NCBI GenBank assembly: GCA_020148055.1
Contig: JAHCRF010000002.1
Span: forward strand, 28,138-92,137
Source of the DNA: Patescibacteria group bacterium
GTDB lineage: Bacteria; Patescibacteriota; Minisyncoccia; Minisyncoccales; JAHCRE01
DNA: 64,000 nucleotides
Direction: 5' to 3'
Shown here: in pieces, positions 61,416-64,000 of the stretch
Layout: the number at the start of each line of letters is the position of its first letter
Numbering within the stretch: position 1 is the first letter of the stretch
Notes under the pieces: model-generated
The model's database searches: none
Told to the model about the DNA's origin: nothing
The model's input: only the letters and a program-made list of their open reading frames with translations
Made by a program: the position numbers and the translations under genes

Positions 61416-63377
61416 TTATTGATTAACAGCAATTATGACAAGATTTCTTTGTCCAAGGACTGCTCTTGCTGAACCATCTCCTGTTCTATCAGAACCCTGA
61501 ATACGTATAGTATAGGTTCCCGGGCTAACTGCATAAGTACACATTGTCTGAAAATTATCTGCCCAGCGACCTCCTCCACCAGCAGCAGTTGGAGATTCGT
61601 GTTGTCGGACACTTCCAGAACAGGCAGTTCCACCTACAGTTATTCTATAGTAACCCCAACTATGAGGCTCGGCGAATTGGATGAATGGAACACTATCGTC
61701 GCGGTAATTAATTTGACCTGAAGCCCATATCATTAAGAGACTATTTTGAGTAACGGTTATACTTTTCCATAAATTCGGATCATTATAATAAGTCCCGGCA
61801 CCGTCGCTTTCTGGTATATCCCAGCCGCCTGTTTCTACATCGTATGCATATGGGGGTTTAAGACTAGTTATCCCATCTATCCTTGTCCCACCTTCAAAAT
61901 CTCCTGCATAGTTTACTACTAAAACATCACTGTTATCATGTACTAATGCCCTCTGATTTGGTTTTGAACCAATACTTCTGCCATCATTAAGACCCATTTT
62001 AAAATCTGAACCATCCATATATATCCAACCACCTAACTTGACATCACTATTAACTCTTATATTACCCGCAACTTGTAGTTTTTCTCCTGGACTCTCCGTC
62101 CCGATGCCAACGTTGCCGTTATCTCCAAAAATTAAACTACCATCTGAACCTAATCTGATTCCAGCTCGGTCGCTATTTTGCATTCCGTATATTCCAAGAG
62201 TATTGGCTACATCTATGTCCGTTAAATAACTATCGTCTCCGATGATGAGATTCTGGCCTCCAGCTGCGAATATATCCATTGCTCTTATTGTGCCAGAAAC
62301 ATCTAACTTATAGGTTGGACTGATTGTTCCAATGCCAACTTTCCAGGCAGTATTATTGGGATAGAGGTTTAAACCAGATTGGGTCCAATAACCTACTCCA
62401 CCAGAAGGCCAGGTATCCCGACAATCATCTTTCATACAAAGATAATTGGCTCTGATACTATTGTTTCCCCAGGTACCATCAGATTCTAAAACTCTAATTC
62501 CTGTTGAACCTCTAAAATCAATGTAGCCATTGTTGTAATCATAAAATCCACCATCATCTGAAATCCAGATACCACCGCCTCCAGTATTCCTTCTATTGGC
62601 ATAGAGCATGTCAGCATTTGAGCCTACCATTTCATAACCATCTACTTGAAATCCATTATCAGCTCGAACCATTTTATTAACATATATATCTTTATTACCG
62701 TATGAACGAATCCAAGTAGTATCTATCATATACCATCCACCACCATAAGTCTGTGAGTACCAACCTGTATTACCATAAGTTCTGACCCAACCGCCTCCAT
62801 CATCACGAAGAGTTCCTTCAGGAGCCACAATTGCTCCATCAACTCTCAAATTACCAGCTACATGCAATTTTTGAGCAGGACTAGTCGTCCCGATGCCGAC
62901 ATTCCAGGCAGTATTATTGGGATAGAGACGATCAGGAGCTGTAAAGTCCCAATAACCTGCTGCTGCTCCACTTTGATCTACTCCACAGATAATATCACCG
63001 GAAGCATTAGCATAGAGCTTACTGGTGATTGGATCTGAACAAGCATTAAGACCTGTAACCCGAACATTTCCAACCACATGAAGCCTTTGAGCTGGAGTGG
63101 TTGTTCCGATGCCAACCTTGCCTTGAAAGAGGGCAGAATAACCCCCAGCTCCACCAGCTGGATCAACCCACCAACTATTATCATTTGAGTCATAAAATGT
63201 TGGGAAAGAAAGCGTGCCAGTTTTAGTCTGGGCACCTCCACCAACATTTAAAGGAGCTGGAACATTCCCTCCTGGTGGACCGACTGCTGGCTCAGTCCAG
63301 GCAAGAACTAAGTAGCCAACCAAAAAACTCATTATTAAAACCCCTAAGATTAGGGCGAATGATTTTAGTTTAGACAT
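61416..63377 (-). CDS. large secreted repeat protein (tail-fibre-like VGIGT repeats)
   Basis: Signal/anchor FALILGVLIMSFLVGYLVLA|WTEP. Four copies of the (G/W)(K/N)VGIGTxxPxxxLxVxGNxRV motif. Gly/Asn/Trp/Tyr-rich beta-type sequence. Confidence 0.7.
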   Translation of the reverse strand: MSKLKSFALILGVLIMSFLVGYLVLAWTEPAVGPPGGNVPAPLNVGGGAQTKTGTLSFPTFYDSNDNSWWVDPAGGAGGYSALFQGKVGIGTTTPAQRLHVVGNVRVTGLNACSDPITSKLYANASGDIICGVDQSGAAAGYWDFTAPDRLYPNNTAWNVGIGTTSPAQKLHVAGNLRVDGAIVAPEGTLRDDGGGWVRTYGNTGWYSQTYGGGWYMIDTTWIRSYGNKDIYVNKMVRADNGFQVDGYEMVGSNADMLYANRRNTGGGGIWISDDGGFYDYNNGYIDFRGSTGIRVLESDGTWGNNSIRANYLCMKDDCRDTWPSGGVGYWTQSGLNLYPNNTAWKVGIGTISPTYKLDVSGTIRAMDIFAAGGQNLIIGDDSYLTDIDVANTLGIYGMQNSDRAGIRLGSDGSLIFGDNGNVGIGTESPGEKLQVAGNIRVNSDVKLGGWIYMDGSDFKMGLNDGRSIGSKPNQRALVHDNSDVLVVNYAGDFEGGTRIDGITSLKPPYAYDVETGGWDIPESDGAGTYYNDPNLWKSITVTQNSLLMIWASGQINYRDDSVPFIQFAEPHSWGYYRITVGGTACSGSVRQHESPTAAGGGGRWADNFQTMCTYAVSPGTYTIRIQGSDRTGDGSARAVLGQRNLVIIAVNQ

Positions 63378-63380
63378 ATT

Positions 63381-63464
63381 ATTAGATGTTAGATATTGGA
63401 TATTAGATGTTAGATGTAAAAGATAATATCAAACACCCAAGTATCAAATATCTAAGATTATTTG
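63381..63464. repeat. period-7 repeat hairpin upstream of the large secreted protein gene
   Basis: attagat/gttagat/attggat/attagat/gttagat versus ataatat/caaacac/ccaagta/tcaaata/tctaaga (gttagatattggatat vs cttagatatttgatac, 13 of 16). Confidence 0.55.
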
Positions 63465-63517
63465 ATTATATTTAGTTTACCATTTTTATTATAACACATT
63501 TAAAAAACAATGAAGCT

Positions 63518-63542
63518 AAAAAATCCCGCAAAATAGGCGGGG
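63518..63542 (-). terminator. intrinsic terminator after glyQS
   Basis: Minus strand CCCGC-cuauuuu-GCGGG followed by AUUUUUU. Confidence 0.6.
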
Positions 63543-63596
63543 AAAGGCTGTAAAATTTTAATCTTTTGTAATTGTTCCCTTGAACTTTTTCCAATT

Positions 63597-64000
63597 TTAG
63601 GAAGACAATTTTTCTTTTAAGACATCGATTAAATTTTCAACTTTTACTCTCTCCTGAGCCATTGTATCGCGATCACGGATTGTTAAATCGTCTTGTTTTA
63701 AACTCTCGAAATCAACAGTAAGAGCAAAAGGAACTCCTATTTCATCGATTCTGCGATATCTTCTCCCAATTGAACCAAGCTCATCGTATTGGCAGACAAA
63801 ATGGGGTTTTAATAATCGATAAACTTCTTTTGCTTTTTTCACTATTTTTGGTTTGTTTCTAACCAAAGGTAAAACTGCTACTTTAACTGGTGCTAATTTT
63901 TTGTGAATTTTCAATAAGATTTCTATTTCTTTTGCTGCCTTTGTTGTTTTTGTTCGACCTCCCTTTATTTCTTGGTAAGCGTCTGTTAGAAAAACAAAGA
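63597..64000 (-). CDS. glyQS: glycine--tRNA ligase (dimeric class II type), C-terminal anticodon-binding part; gene continues past window end
   Basis: APVKVAVLPL...DELGSIGRRYRRIDEIGVPFALTVDFES. The frame stays open upstream of the track start (TTG 63914) to position 64000 (..FVFLTDAYQEIKGGRTKTTKAAKEIEILL). Confidence 0.85.
   Translation of the reverse strand, partial: FVFLTDAYQEIKGGRTKTTKAAKEIEILLKIHKKLAPVKVAVLPLVRNKPKIVKKAKEVYRLLKPHFVCQYDELGSIGRRYRRIDEIGVPFALTVDFESLKQDDLTIRDRDTMAQERVKVENLIDVLKEKLSS

Noticed and set aside
61416-63377. Diversity-generating retroelement target (variable C-terminal domain of the large secreted protein)
   Set aside because: No reverse transcriptase gene, and no template repeat matching the 3' end of the gene anywhere in the window.

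Overview
AT-rich, tightly packed bacterial window. Sampled 60-nt stretches are about 23% G+C in ordinary genes. Gene content and ribosomal-protein quirks suggest a Candidate Phyla Radiation / Patescibacteria-type genome (inference): no L30 gene between rpsE and rplO, zinc-type S14, Lys-rich extensions on several r-proteins, and short AlaRS and Mfd. TGA is used as a stop (rpsE, rpsU, rplD), so the standard code 11 applies. Positions 210-26162 (minus strand) hold the tuf / S10 / spc / alpha ribosomal supercluster. It is interrupted between map and infA by a ~7.7-kb block: GT2, galT-like, tpiA, ykuK-like, alaS, an FtsA/PilM-like ATPase and a membrane partner. The rest is housekeeping: ftsA, ybeY, rpsU, hisS, lepB, pth, mfd, dprA, topA, tRNA-Leu(CAA), leuS, metG, rsmI and a partial glyQS. 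There is also an amino-sugar cluster (glmS, GlmU-like, PIG-L, HAD, BadF-type kinase) with iorAB embedded. I saw no CRISPR array, transposase, prophage or recognisable defence system. The unusual signals are at nucleotide level. (i) A three-copy ~135-nt structured element with compensatory changes sits in operon spacers. (ii) Heptanucleotide-period repeat arrays form long imperfect hairpins in most r-protein-cluster spacers longer than about 40 nt, plus two spacers elsewhere, and also occur in frame inside conserved genes. (iii) A ~245-nt G+C-enriched structured region lies between pth and mfd. (iv) A G+C-richer three-gene surface-protein island lies at 59.9-63.4 kb. All functional readings of these are inference.
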